Source of the DNA: Candidatus Proteinoplasmatales archaeon SG8-5
GTDB taxonomy: Archaea; Thermoplasmatota; Thermoplasmata; SG8-5
Assembly (NCBI GenBank): GCA_001595885.1
Contig: LSSH01000085.1
Coordinates: 1 to 41,093, forward strand
DNA: 41,093 nucleotides
Reading direction: 5' to 3'
Position 1 is the first letter of the stretch. Each line of letters starts with the position of its first letter. Below the pieces are notes generated by a model. That model was not told the origin of the DNA, ran no database searches, and saw nothing but the letters and a program-made list of their open reading frames with translations. Of the stretch, positions 16,549 to 25,654 are shown piece by piece. A program made the translations under genes and the position numbers.

Positions 16549-16641
16549 AATTGTAACAATGTTAGGTTAGTATTTATTAACCATATAGTACTCTTAACGT
16601 ACAAGTAACAAAGTTATATATGCGAAGCCTTTCAGCGACCA

Positions 16642-17736
16642 ATGGCGCGCACCAACGTAACACAGGAGACACGGGACCGAGGCTCCTCCAAGGCACGCAT
16701 CAACATGACGCACGGGGCCGGGGGCGAGGCCATGCAGAAATTGCTGGCCGAGGTCATCCTATCCCGGCTTGAAGACAACAGGCCAGAGATTGGCCTTAAA
16801 GAGCTGGACGACTCCGGCGTCATGGACGACATCGTTCTCACCATGGACGGTCATACGGTGAACCCGCTGTTCTATCCTGGCGGAGACATAGGGAAGCTGG
16901 CCGTCTGTGGCACGATAAACGACATCTGCGCGATGGGCGCGGAGCCGGTCGCCCTCGCCCTCGGCCTTATCATGGAGGACGGCCTAGAGATGGACGATAT
17001 CTCAAGAATCATGGAGAGCATCGGCCTGACCTGTAAGGAATCGGGTGTACCCGTCATCACCGGAGATACGAAGGTTGTAGAGAAAGGCGCAATCGACAAG
17101 TTAATGGTAACAACCTCAGGCATAGGAAGGATGGGCGGGTGCCTGAAGAAAAACAACTCAGTTTTGCAGGAAAGAACAAGCCGCCAGCAGAAGTGGCTCC
17201 AGGACTGCAATCTCAAAGTCGGGGACGACGTCATCGTCACCGGCAGCCTCGGCGACCACGGCATCTCACTCATGAGCTTCAGGGAAGGTTATGGGTTCGA
17301 AACGACCCTGCAAAGTGACAACGCGCCGCTGAACAAGCTGATGGCCGAAGCCCTGAGCATCGGCGGCATCGTCTCGGCAAAGGATCCCACCAGGGGAGGT
17401 CTGGCCAACTCGCTGAACGAGTGGTCGTCCAAGTCCGGCGTGGGCATCCTCGTGAAGGAGGACGAATTGCCCATCAACCAGCAGGTGAGGAGCGCGTCAG
17501 AGCTCCTCGGAATCGACCCGCTCGAGGTGGGCAACGAGGGCAAGATGGTCATCGGCGTCATTCCTGAGATGACGGAGGAGGTCCTCGCAATAATTCGGCA
17601 GAACGAACACGGAAGGGACGCCAGGGTCATCGGCAAGGCCACTGATGAGGTGAAGCGCGTCGTGCTGGAGACCGTTGTCGGGGGCAAGAGGATCATCGAG
17701 GCACCGGTCGGGGACCCGGTGCCGAGGATTTGTTAG
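16642..17736 (+). CDS. hypE: Hydrogenase maturation protein HypE
   Basis: HGAGG, GDIGKLAVCGTINDI, GDTKVVEKG, DPTRGGL, C-terminal PRIC. Confidence 0.97.
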   Translation: MARTNVTQETRDRGSSKARINMTHGAGGEAMQKLLAEVILSRLEDNRPEIGLKELDDSGVMDDIVLTMDGHTVNPLFYPGGDIGKLAVCGTINDICAMGAEPVALALGLIMEDGLEMDDISRIMESIGLTCKESGVPVITGDTKVVEKGAIDKLMVTTSGIGRMGGCLKKNNSVLQERTSRQQKWLQDCNLKVGDDVIVTGSLGDHGISLMSFREGYGFETTLQSDNAPLNKLMAEALSIGGIVSAKDPTRGGLANSLNEWSSKSGVGILVKEDELPINQQVRSASELLGIDPLEVGNEGKMVIGVIPEMTEEVLAIIRQNEHGRDARVIGKATDEVKRVVLETVVGGKRIIEAPVGDPVPRIC

Positions 17737-17739
17737 GTT

Positions 17740-18816
17740 TTATTGACGCTGATATTTGAATGCAATAGTGCACCCGCCCTCGTGGCTAACCATGCAGGGG
17801 CCTACCGGGCTCGAGGGGGTGCAGGCCTTGGCGAATAGTGGACAATCCGTCGGCTCCAGTTCTCCCCGGAGCACGTCGCCGCACTTGCATCCGGGCGGCT
17901 CCTCGAACTCCTTCTGCCAGACCGGTTCCAGTATGTCCCTGTATCGTAGACGGGCGTCCAATTGCTCGTATTCATTTCTGATTTTGAGGCCGGTGCCAGG
18001 CAGCACCGGGAAGCCGCGCCATTTCACGTCGCAGGGTTCGAAGACCCTCCTCATCGCTTCCTGGGCTTTCAGGTTGCCCTCGTATGTGACGGCACGCTCG
18101 TACGCGTTGTCCACCTTGGCCTCGCCGTTCTTTATCTGGTGGGCCACCATGTAGATGCCCATGAGGAAGTCGAGGGGCTCGAATCCGGCCACAACCTGCG
18201 GGATACCGTGATCCTTGGACAAGAATTCGTACATCTTCCAGCCTGTGATGACGCTCACATGCCCGGGCTCGATGAGGCCGTTCAGCTCGACCTTCCCTGA
18301 CTCGACAAGGATGCGGAGTGCGTTGGGAATCGTGCGGTGACAGCTGAGCACCGAGAAATTCCCTGGGGGTTGTGCCAGCAGGACAGCGGCAGTGCTGGGG
18401 GCCGTGGTCTCGAAGCCCACTGCGATGAACACAACCTCTTTATCGGTTTGGTCGGCCAGTTCCACGGCATCGGCAATGCTGTAAACGAGCCGGACGTCAG
18501 CGCCCTCGGACTTCGCCGTGAGGAGCGAGCCGGTCTCGCTGGGCACCTTGAGGAGGTCACCGAATATTGCCACCGTCTTACCTGCCCTGGCAAGTGCGAG
18601 AGCCTCTTCTATCTCCTTGGGGGTGGTAACGCAGACCGGGCAGCCCGGTCCCTGGCGCACGTTGACCCCGACGTCTTCTAGCATCTCCTGGAGACCATAG
18701 CGGACGAGTGTGTCCTGGTGGGTGCCGCACACGTGCATGAGCTTGATGTTCAGGTCCATGGAACGCAGTTTGTCAATGATCTTGGCGGCCATCTCCCTGT
18801 CGCGAAACTCGAACAT
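17740..18816 (-). CDS. hypD: Hydrogenase maturation protein HypD
   Basis: HVCGTH, GPGCPVC, GFETT, PGHVS, GFEP, GPCMVSHEGGC. Confidence 0.97.
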   Translation of the reverse strand: MFEFRDREMAAKIIDKLRSMDLNIKLMHVCGTHQDTLVRYGLQEMLEDVGVNVRQGPGCPVCVTTPKEIEEALALARAGKTVAIFGDLLKVPSETGSLLTAKSEGADVRLVYSIADAVELADQTDKEVVFIAVGFETTAPSTAAVLLAQPPGNFSVLSCHRTIPNALRILVESGKVELNGLIEPGHVSVITGWKMYEFLSKDHGIPQVVAGFEPLDFLMGIYMVAHQIKNGEAKVDNAYERAVTYEGNLKAQEAMRRVFEPCDVKWRGFPVLPGTGLKIRNEYEQLDARLRYRDILEPVWQKEFEEPPGCKCGDVLRGELEPTDCPLFAKACTPSSPVGPCMVSHEGGCTIAFKYQRQ

Positions 18817-19202
18817 CACTCATCCTCCAGGTCCAGGACCAGGTTCCTGACGACGCATTCCTTTCCGTGAAGCACGTCTATCGGGCCGTTGCATTCGGGG
18901 CATGAGAACTGCGGTATAGCGATGTGGTACTCTTCGGTCTCCCCAGCCTTCATGGCGCCCTCGTAATCGCATCTCCGGCATTTCACCTTTGCCTGGATCG
19001 GTATAATGGTCAGGGCGTCGTCCTTGATGTCCGGCTCGTTTTCCACGAGGGCTCTGAAGCCGAATCGGAGCGCATCGTGCGAGAGGAAGCTTAGCTCGCC
19101 CACTTCGAGGACTATCTCCTTGACGAAGTTGAGGTTGTCGTGCTTGCCCATCTCACCTTTCACAAGTTCGACTATCGATGAGATCACAGAGAATTCGTGC
19201 AC
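18816..19202 (-). CDS. hypA: Hydrogenase nickel chaperone HypA
   Basis: MHEFS N-terminus (GTG start), CRRC and CPEC Zn motifs, GKE. Confidence 0.95.
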   Translation of the reverse strand: MHEFSVISSIVELVKGEMGKHDNLNFVKEIVLEVGELSFLSHDALRFGFRALVENEPDIKDDALTIIPIQAKVKCRRCDYEGAMKAGETEEYHIAIPQFSCPECNGPIDVLHGKECVVRNLVLDLEDE

Positions 19203-19426
19203 TATGCGTCCTCCATCTCAAGCATCTCCTCCCACACCGCGAGCGTTTGCTTGGCATCGGCCTCGCTCATCACCTTGATGGCAAAGCCAGCGTGGACGAG
19301 AACGTAATCGCCGAGATTCACGTCAACCATTGAGACGTTCGCCTTGTTGACGACCCCTTCCCCGTACTCCACGTTGGCGACGTCGCCATTGATCTCGATG
19401 ATCTTACCGGGTATTGCCAGACAGAT
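19202..19426 (-). CDS. hypC: Hydrogenase maturation chaperone HypC with an apparent ATC start codon
   Basis: Manual translation: (I/M)CLAIPGKIIEINGDVANVEYGEGVVNKANVSMVDVNLGDYVLVHAGFAIKVMSEADAKQTLAVWEEMLEMEDA*. Not in the ORF track. Confidence 0.92.
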   Translation of the reverse strand: MCLAIPGKIIEINGDVANVEYGEGVVNKANVSMVDVNLGDYVLVHAGFAIKVMSEADAKQTLAVWEEMLEMEDA

Positions 19427-21586
19427 TTAACCGCCCCCTACCAGTTGCCCGAAACTTATTCCTCCGTCACCGTTGGGCACGCGCCTGTGGGTTATGAGCT
19501 TTGCCCCTCTTTCCTTCAATTTCCTCTCCAATATGCTGGTTATCACCAGGTTGTAGGACACGCCGCCGGTGAACCCGAGTGCTTGGCTCGGTTCAGCCGC
19601 TTCGACCAGTCCTTCGAACAATGCCTCGACAAAGCTTCTGGAGAGGTCGCAGGCTCTCTGGTTATCAGGTTTCTCACCAGGTGCGGTGTGTTCATACAGC
19701 TGGCCGAACAGCGCTGGTGTGTCCACAACACCCCCGTCGACTTCGGCATTGAACCTGTATTCATTGCGGCCTCTTCGGAGGAATGACTCGAGCTTCATTG
19801 CCGGTTCGCCGTCGTATGTCATGCTCTCGCAGACTCCGAGCCAGCAGGCCAGGGCATCGAGCACCCGGCCGCAGCTGCTCGTGTGCACGCTCTTTTCCAT
19901 CATCAAGGCCAGCACTTGCTCCTCCTGGCCCGTGAAGTACGGTTGGTCTACATCAAGCTGCTGGGTAACGGCGAATACGAGGCGTCTGGGGTCCTCAACA
20001 GCCTTGTCACCCCCCAGTAACGGGAAGTATTTAAGGTGGCCCAGGCGCCGCCACTGGTCCCTGTTCACCTCTATGGCCTCGCCGCCCCATATCATACCGT
20101 CCGTTCCGTAGCCGGTGCCGTCGCAGGACAGGACCTTGAGGTCGTCCATTCCGTGCTCGCCGGCCAACGAGAAGGCGTGGGCCGCGTGATGCTGGACCTC
20201 TGCCATGGGAATGCCCATCTCCTCGGCCATCCGCTTGCCCAGGCTGCGGCTCGAATACCTTGGATGCATGTCCACGAGCACCGCGTCGGGTTTGGTGATA
20301 CCGTAGAGCTTCATCAGGTGCCTTACAGAGCCTTCAAGGAACTCGGTGGTCTCATAGATGTTGACGTCCCCGATGTGCTGGGTGGCAATGGCCTTGCCGG
20401 CGATGGATATGGCGCCGGCATTGTTCATGTCCGCGCCCAGGGCGATGAGCGTCCTGTCGTGGGGAACTGGCAGAGGATCAGGAACGTATCCGCGGGATTT
20501 GCGTATGAAGAATTGGGAGCCGTTGTGCGGGATGACCACAGAATCGTCGGTGCGGTTGATTATCTCACGGTTGTGGACAAGATAGCAGTCCACGCTGAGG
20601 TCCAGGGCGCCCTCGTCGGTGATGACCATGGGCTCTCCCGGGACGTTGCCGGACGTCATTATCAGGGCGTCGTGGTCCAGCTCCCCAAAGAGCATGTGCT
20701 GCAGAGCGTTGTAGGGCAGGTAAAGACCGACCTTGTCGAGCCCCGGGGCGACCGCGTCCTGCCAATCATCCCCGGACTTGTCCAGTAACACGATCGGCCT
20801 GGCAGGAGAGGTCAAAAGTCTCTCCTCCTCGAATGAGACCTTTGCGTATTTCCTTGCCGCCTCCACGTCTGATACAATAACTGCCAGGGGTTTCTGCGGG
20901 CGGCCATACCGCTTTCTCAATTCGTCCGAGTATGAGGGTAATGAAACGATGTGAATCCCGCCCCAACTCTTTATTGCACCTATCGAGCCGCGCTCTATCA
21001 TTGCGGCGAAGTCCTTGATTGGTGTATTGGTCTCAGAACCATGTAGAGAATAGTTGGGTCCGCATTTGGGGCAAGAAACGGTCTGTGCATGGAAGCGGCG
21101 GTCCATCGGTTCCGTGTACTCGGAATCGCACCCCGCGCACAGCTGGAAGGGCTCCATGGACGTCTTCGCCCTGTCGTAGGGCACGTCGGAGATGACGGAA
21201 AACCTGGCTCCGCAATTGGTGCAGTTGATGAAGGGGAATGAATAACGCCGGTCGCCGGGAACGACCAGTTCTTTCAGGCAATCGTCGCAGATGGCCGCGT
21301 CCGGCGGTATGGGGGAGAGACGCTGGCCGGCACCGCTTTGGATGATCCGGAAGTCATCGGCATCGGTATCTTCCGAAAAGACGTCAAAGCCGTCTATCCT
21401 GGCAAGCGGGGGCAAGGCCTTGGTCAGGGCCTCCATGAATTCTTTGTCGTGACCGTCAAGGCATATCTCCACATCGGAACCCGTGTTCTTGACATGGCCC
21501 TTCAGGCCCATATTCCTGGCGACCCTGTAAACGGTCGGGCGGAAGCCCACTCCCTGTACGACCCCCCTGATTACTATCCTGACCAT
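19427..21586 (-). CDS. hypF: Carbamoyltransferase HypF
   Basis: GVVQGVGFRP acylphosphatase domain, CxxC-x18-CxxC Zn fingers, QHHAAH, DGTGYG, PNGDGGISFGQ. Confidence 0.97.
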   Translation of the reverse strand: MVRIVIRGVVQGVGFRPTVYRVARNMGLKGHVKNTGSDVEICLDGHDKEFMEALTKALPPLARIDGFDVFSEDTDADDFRIIQSGAGQRLSPIPPDAAICDDCLKELVVPGDRRYSFPFINCTNCGARFSVISDVPYDRAKTSMEPFQLCAGCDSEYTEPMDRRFHAQTVSCPKCGPNYSLHGSETNTPIKDFAAMIERGSIGAIKSWGGIHIVSLPSYSDELRKRYGRPQKPLAVIVSDVEAARKYAKVSFEEERLLTSPARPIVLLDKSGDDWQDAVAPGLDKVGLYLPYNALQHMLFGELDHDALIMTSGNVPGEPMVITDEGALDLSVDCYLVHNREIINRTDDSVVIPHNGSQFFIRKSRGYVPDPLPVPHDRTLIALGADMNNAGAISIAGKAIATQHIGDVNIYETTEFLEGSVRHLMKLYGITKPDAVLVDMHPRYSSRSLGKRMAEEMGIPMAEVQHHAAHAFSLAGEHGMDDLKVLSCDGTGYGTDGMIWGGEAIEVNRDQWRRLGHLKYFPLLGGDKAVEDPRRLVFAVTQQLDVDQPYFTGQEEQVLALMMEKSVHTSSCGRVLDALACWLGVCESMTYDGEPAMKLESFLRRGRNEYRFNAEVDGGVVDTPALFGQLYEHTAPGEKPDNQRACDLSRSFVEALFEGLVEAAEPSQALGFTGGVSYNLVITSILERKLKERGAKLITHRRVPNGDGGISFGQLVGGG

Positions 21587-21594
21587 GTACGACC

Positions 21595-22248
21595 TCAGAT
21601 CAAACCTAACTTCTGCAACAGGACGTCCAGGCCCTCGCCCGTCCTCGCGTCGGTGAAGACCACGGGAACGTGCGGATTTATCTCGCCCGCATCCCTCTCC
21701 AAAACGGCCGGGTCAACGCCCATGGCCTCTGCCAACGATATCTTGTTGACCACGATGATGTCTGACGTCCCCATCAATATCGGATGTTTCCTGACCATGT
21801 CGTCGCCCTCCGTGACCGAGACCACCGTGATACGCATGTCGCTGCCCAGCGGGAAATCGGCAGGGCAAACGAGGTTGCCCACGTTCTCTATGAAGAGCAC
21901 ATCGAGACCGGCCAGGTCGAGCTTTTCGAGCGCGTGGTCGACAAGGTGAGCGTCCAGATGGCACTCCTTGCCGGTGTTCACGTTGATGACCGGGATGCCG
22001 TGCCCGCTGAACCTCCGATAATCGTCGTCGCCGGCCACGTCGCCGGCAATAACACCGCATTTCACACCCTTCTCCTTCAGGATGTCAATGAGGCCTTCGA
22101 TAATGAGGGTCTTGCCCGAACCGATGGCTCCCTGGATGTCAAAGCATTTGACGCCGTGCGAGCGCAGGTGCTTGTGATTGTCCTCTGCCAGCTTCCTGTT
22201 CGCTGCGAGTATGTCAGTGCCCAGCTCAACGTCCTGCACAAGATGCAT
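21595..22248 (-). CDS. hypB: Hydrogenase nickel-insertion GTPase HypB
   Basis: GAIGSGKT, ECHLDAH, ENVGNLVCPADFPLG, SVTEGDD, NKI. Own TATA-like AAAACGTTAAATA just upstream. Confidence 0.97.
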   Translation of the reverse strand: MHLVQDVELGTDILAANRKLAEDNHKHLRSHGVKCFDIQGAIGSGKTLIIEGLIDILKEKGVKCGVIAGDVAGDDDYRRFSGHGIPVINVNTGKECHLDAHLVDHALEKLDLAGLDVLFIENVGNLVCPADFPLGSDMRITVVSVTEGDDMVRKHPILMGTSDIIVVNKISLAEAMGVDPAVLERDAGEINPHVPVVFTDARTGEGLDVLLQKLGLI

Positions 22249-22286
22249 GCTATCGAAAATGCAACCCCTGGCACGTATTTAACGTT

Positions 22287-22721
22287 TTACCCGTGCTCCA
22301 GTCCTTCGAACAACGAGACTAGCTCAGCCGCTGCCTTCCTCACAGGAGGCGAAAGGCCGTCGCCCGGCTCCGTTGATACGGGCCTGATTCCGATCACGAG
22401 AACCTTGCAGGAGCACCTGTCAATCAGCCTCTGGACGACGTGTCTGAGGGGCAGGTAATGGGTGTGGAAGCACACCTCGTCTATCGCCTCAAGTGGCACC
22501 GCGTCAATGGAACCCGCCTCACCCTCGATCATGGCCGCGTCCACTATGACAACGTGACTCGGTTGGATGGACGATATCTTCCCTGTGAAATTCTCCGGTT
22601 GGGTGCCCGCATTGAACACCGTGAACTTGGAGGAATCGGCCAGTGCGTCGGCGATGTGTGGGCCGACGCCGTCGTCACCGTTGAGCTCGTTGCCTATGCC
22701 TATCAGAACTGGATTGCTCAT
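22287..22721 (-). CDS. hycI: HycI-type hydrogenase maturation endopeptidase
   Basis: IGIGNELNGDDGVG, AGTQPEN, IVDAA, HTHYLPL. The true start is ATG 22721, not the longer ORF-track start. Confidence 0.88.
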   Translation of the reverse strand: MSNPVLIGIGNELNGDDGVGPHIADALADSSKFTVFNAGTQPENFTGKISSIQPSHVVIVDAAMIEGEAGSIDAVPLEAIDEVCFHTHYLPLRHVVQRLIDRCSCKVLVIGIRPVSTEPGDGLSPPVRKAAAELVSLFEGLEHG

Positions 22722-22765
22722 CCGGGCGGTTTCTTTACCAAGAAGTTCCGCAATCCCGCCGATGC

Positions 22766-23107
22766 TCACTCTACGATCACTTCTCCGCGGTTGAGATGGG
22801 CGAGTTCGTACTCTTCGGTCATCTCTATCGCGTCCTTGGGGCAGGACTCCTCGCACTGCCCGCAGAACGTGCACTTGTCCATGTCAAAGATAGGCCGTTT
22901 CTTGTCGTCCTTCTCTATCATGATGCAGGCCGCGCTTACGCAATCCTTCGCGCACATGCCGCAGCCGATGCACTTGTCCAAATGGAACTTGATCTTGCCC
23001 CGGAACCCTGGCGGCACCTCAAGCTTCTCGAAGGGGTACAGTACTGTAACTGGCTTCTTGCTAATCCGTCCAAGCAGAGTCGGTATCATCACACCTGTCG
23101 TCTTCAT
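22766..23107 (-). CDS. NuoI-like 2x[4Fe-4S] subunit of a group 4 hydrogenase
   Basis: TVLYPFEK...FRGK, CIGCGMCAKDC, CTFCGQCEESCP. Confidence 0.92.
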   Translation of the reverse strand: MKTTGVMIPTLLGRISKKPVTVLYPFEKLEVPPGFRGKIKFHLDKCIGCGMCAKDCVSAACIMIEKDDKKRPIFDMDKCTFCGQCEESCPKDAIEMTEEYELAHLNRGEVIVE

Positions 23108-23115
23108 GTTATCAC

Positions 23116-24297
23116 CTACCTATGCGGCTCCCCCTCATACCATTCGATCGAATATTTGCGGAGCTCTTCCTTCTCCCAGACCTTTGACGTCTCCCTATCT
23201 TTGTCGATTATGAGAACTCGGTCCATGCAGCCCATGCACGGGTCGATGCCTGCAACGACTAACGGAATATCGGCGATGTTGGCGCCCTTGAGCGTGTGCT
23301 GCACGTTCAGGATGTTGGCCAGTGTCGGCGCCCTGACCTTAAGGCGTTCGGGTTTGTCGGTCCCGTTCGCACGAAGGTGGTGTATGTCCTCGCCCCTTGG
23401 GGCCTCTGTGTGGCTGGTCGCCTCCCCGGGACCGACCTTCTTCGGCACCTTGACCCGTATTTCTCCTGCTGGTAGATTTTGCATCATGTACTTGCACATT
23501 TTGATGGACTCTACGGTCTCAAGGGCGCGCACGACCACCTGGGCATGAACATCCAGCGTGTCACTTGTGATGACCTCGAAGGGCAGTTCTCCGTAGGCTG
23601 CGTAGGGATCGTCCTTCCTGACGTCTACCTTCACGTTGGAGGCCCTGAGCCTTGGACCGACCGCGCACAGTCGCTTTGCATCCTCGGTCGTCAGTATGCC
23701 TACGCCCTGGGTCCTCTTGAGGATGGTCTTCTCGTTCAGTGCAACCTTTACGTAGTAGTCCATCCTCTCCAACAATGCGTCCATGCCCCTGATGATCATT
23801 TGTTTCTGGGCGTCCGTGATGTCCCTCCGGACACCGCCAACACAGTTGTAGGCGTAATTCACTCGGTTGCCAGTCAAATGCTCGAGTATGTCCTGTACAA
23901 TCTCCCTGTCGTCCCACGAGTACATGAACAGAGTGTCAAAGCCCATCTCGTGGCCGGCCACTCCGAGCCATAACAGGTGGCTGTGTATCCTTTCCAGCTC
24001 GTTTACGAGGGTTCGCAGATACAGTCCGCGCGGCGGCGGGTCCGTGCCCAGCACGTATTCCGTGACCTGGCAGAAATTCGTAGTGTGGGTGAACGAACAT
24101 ATCCCGCAGATCCTCTCGGTGAGATACTGGTTCTGGACGTACGTCTTGGTCTCGGCGAGCTTCTCGATGCCGCGGTGGATGTGGCCTATCTTGATGTCGG
24201 CGTCAACGACCGTCTCGCCCTCGACCGTGATCATGAAACGCTCCGGTTCCTTCAGGGCCGGGTGCTGCGGCCCAATGGGTATCCTGACCTCGGCCAT
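23116..24297 (-). CDS. Group 4 [NiFe]-hydrogenase large (catalytic, NuoD-like) subunit
   Basis: IGPQHPALKEP, L1 ERICGIC, ERIHSH, EAPRGE, L2 DPCMGCMDR followed by a cleavable C-terminal extension. Confidence 0.95.
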   Translation of the reverse strand: MAEVRIPIGPQHPALKEPERFMITVEGETVVDADIKIGHIHRGIEKLAETKTYVQNQYLTERICGICSFTHTTNFCQVTEYVLGTDPPPRGLYLRTLVNELERIHSHLLWLGVAGHEMGFDTLFMYSWDDREIVQDILEHLTGNRVNYAYNCVGGVRRDITDAQKQMIIRGMDALLERMDYYVKVALNEKTILKRTQGVGILTTEDAKRLCAVGPRLRASNVKVDVRKDDPYAAYGELPFEVITSDTLDVHAQVVVRALETVESIKMCKYMMQNLPAGEIRVKVPKKVGPGEATSHTEAPRGEDIHHLRANGTDKPERLKVRAPTLANILNVQHTLKGANIADIPLVVAGIDPCMGCMDRVLIIDKDRETSKVWEKEELRKYSIEWYEGEPHR

Positions 24298-24776
24298 CAG
24301 GCATCACCCCCTTCGGTCGCTGGTGGTTCCGGTCGTCTTGGGTCGACCCAATCTTTCCTCAACGGAAAGCCTTTGTTGCCCCAGTTCTCGGGCAGGAGTA
24401 GCAATCGCATGTCCGGATGACCCTTGACCTTGACGCCCATCAACTCGCTTATCTCGCGCTCGTACAACACTGCCCCGGGTAAGATGGGTGTAATGGTGTT
24501 GACCGTGGGATCTGATTTTGGAAGCTTGACCCTGATGCTCATGAACGTCGTGTCGATGAAAACGTGATAGAGGAGTTCCAGTTCGTCACCGTTGTCAAAG
24601 GAGGTTATCGTAGAGATATGATAGGCCCCATACTGTTCCTTCAGATGTTTTACCACGCCCAACAGGTTCTCCCGTTTTGTGTTTATGTACACACGCCTTT
24701 CCTTGGGGCTTTCCACGCTGTCCACCATTGCACCAAGGCTGCCTGTCAGTTTCTGAACCATCTCCTGTGTTGTCAT
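24297..24776 (-). CDS. NuoC-like subunit of a group 4 hydrogenase
   Basis: ELLYH, LYEREISELMGV...GHP...LLLPENW...FPLRKD. Confidence 0.92.
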   Translation of the reverse strand: MTTQEMVQKLTGSLGAMVDSVESPKERRVYINTKRENLLGVVKHLKEQYGAYHISTITSFDNGDELELLYHVFIDTTFMSIRVKLPKSDPTVNTITPILPGAVLYEREISELMGVKVKGHPDMRLLLLPENWGNKGFPLRKDWVDPRRPEPPATEGGDA

Positions 24777-24777
24777 T

Positions 24778-25206
24778 TCATCCCTCCTTCAAGGCGGTGA
24801 GTAGTTTCACCACGCCATCGAGTATCGCCTCGGGCTTCGGCGGGCAGCCGGGAATGTACGCGTTCACGGGAATGACCTTGTCAATACCGCCTTCTACATT
24901 GTAACACCCGTCAAAAACTGCTCCGGAGATTCCGCACTCGCCGCAAACCACTACAAACTTCGGTTCGGGCATTTGCTCGTATATCCTTATCAATCGATCT
25001 TTCATCTGCGCGGTCACGGGTCCTGTGCACACTAGGACGTCAGCGTGTCTAGGTGTGCCCTGCAATAGGACCCCGAAACGTTCGGCGTCAAGCCTTGGCA
25101 TCAGCGCTGCCAGTATCTCAATATCGCATCCGTTACAACTCCCGCTGTTAAAATGCAGAACCCAAGGAGATTTAACACGGGACCATTTAACTAGGTTGTC
25201 GAGCAT
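24778..25206 (-). CDS. Group 4 [NiFe]-hydrogenase small (NuoB-like) subunit
   Basis: SPWVLHFNSGSCNGCDIE, PRHAD, GECG, IPGCPPKP; RBS GGAGGTG before ATG 25206. Confidence 0.95.
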   Translation of the reverse strand: MLDNLVKWSRVKSPWVLHFNSGSCNGCDIEILAALMPRLDAERFGVLLQGTPRHADVLVCTGPVTAQMKDRLIRIYEQMPEPKFVVVCGECGISGAVFDGCYNVEGGIDKVIPVNAYIPGCPPKPEAILDGVVKLLTALKEG

Positions 25207-25330
25207 CGATCGCACCTCCGGGTAAACCCGCCGAGTAAATGGATAGTTGTTAATTAATATTTGTCCCCTATTTGCATGATAACATTGCGATAATCAGAAA
25301 TACAAAGGTTTTTTACTGCGGTTATCATTA

Positions 25331-25654
25331 ATGCATTGTATGGGAATGGGTGTCGGTTATTTTGTTAGGGCGTTGCCGCTTCAGACCGATGAGGGTTCAG
25401 ACACGATATGCATCTACCTGATTATATTGGGTGCTATACTCATCGGCCTTTATCTCGGCCTGTACCTGTATAACAAGATGCTTGTCGGGAAGAGGAGGAA
25501 GCAGCATCCGTGCAGGTTCTGCGGACACATGGTCGACGCGGTGTCGGACTGCTGCAGCGCGCCCGTGGTTGAGAGGTTCATGACCGGTAAGTGCACTAAA
25601 TGCGGAAAGGAATGCAAGATCACGTGTGCAAGGTGCAAGAGACAGCTGACCTGA
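25331..25654 (+). CDS. Small single-TM protein with a Cys-rich metal-binding C-terminus
   Basis: Hydrophobic helix, basic stop-transfer KRRK, then CRFC, DCC, CTKCGKEC, CARC. Alternative starts at 25340 or 25346. Confidence 0.7.
   Translation: MHCMGMGVGYFVRALPLQTDEGSDTICIYLIILGAILIGLYLGLYLYNKMLVGKRRKQHPCRFCGHMVDAVSDCCSAPVVERFMTGKCTKCGKECKITCARCKRQLT

Noticed and set aside
19202-21586. HypF-HypC readthrough fusion or recoded stop
   Set aside because: The stop is TAA (not a Sec or Pyl codon) and HypC needs a free N-terminal Cys; separate initiation is more plausible.
23116-24297. Complex I NuoD/Fpo subunit or [NiFeSe] enzyme
   Set aside because: All four Ni-ligating Cys are present as Cys codons, with hyp genes and a protease adjacent, so it is a standard [NiFe] large subunit.
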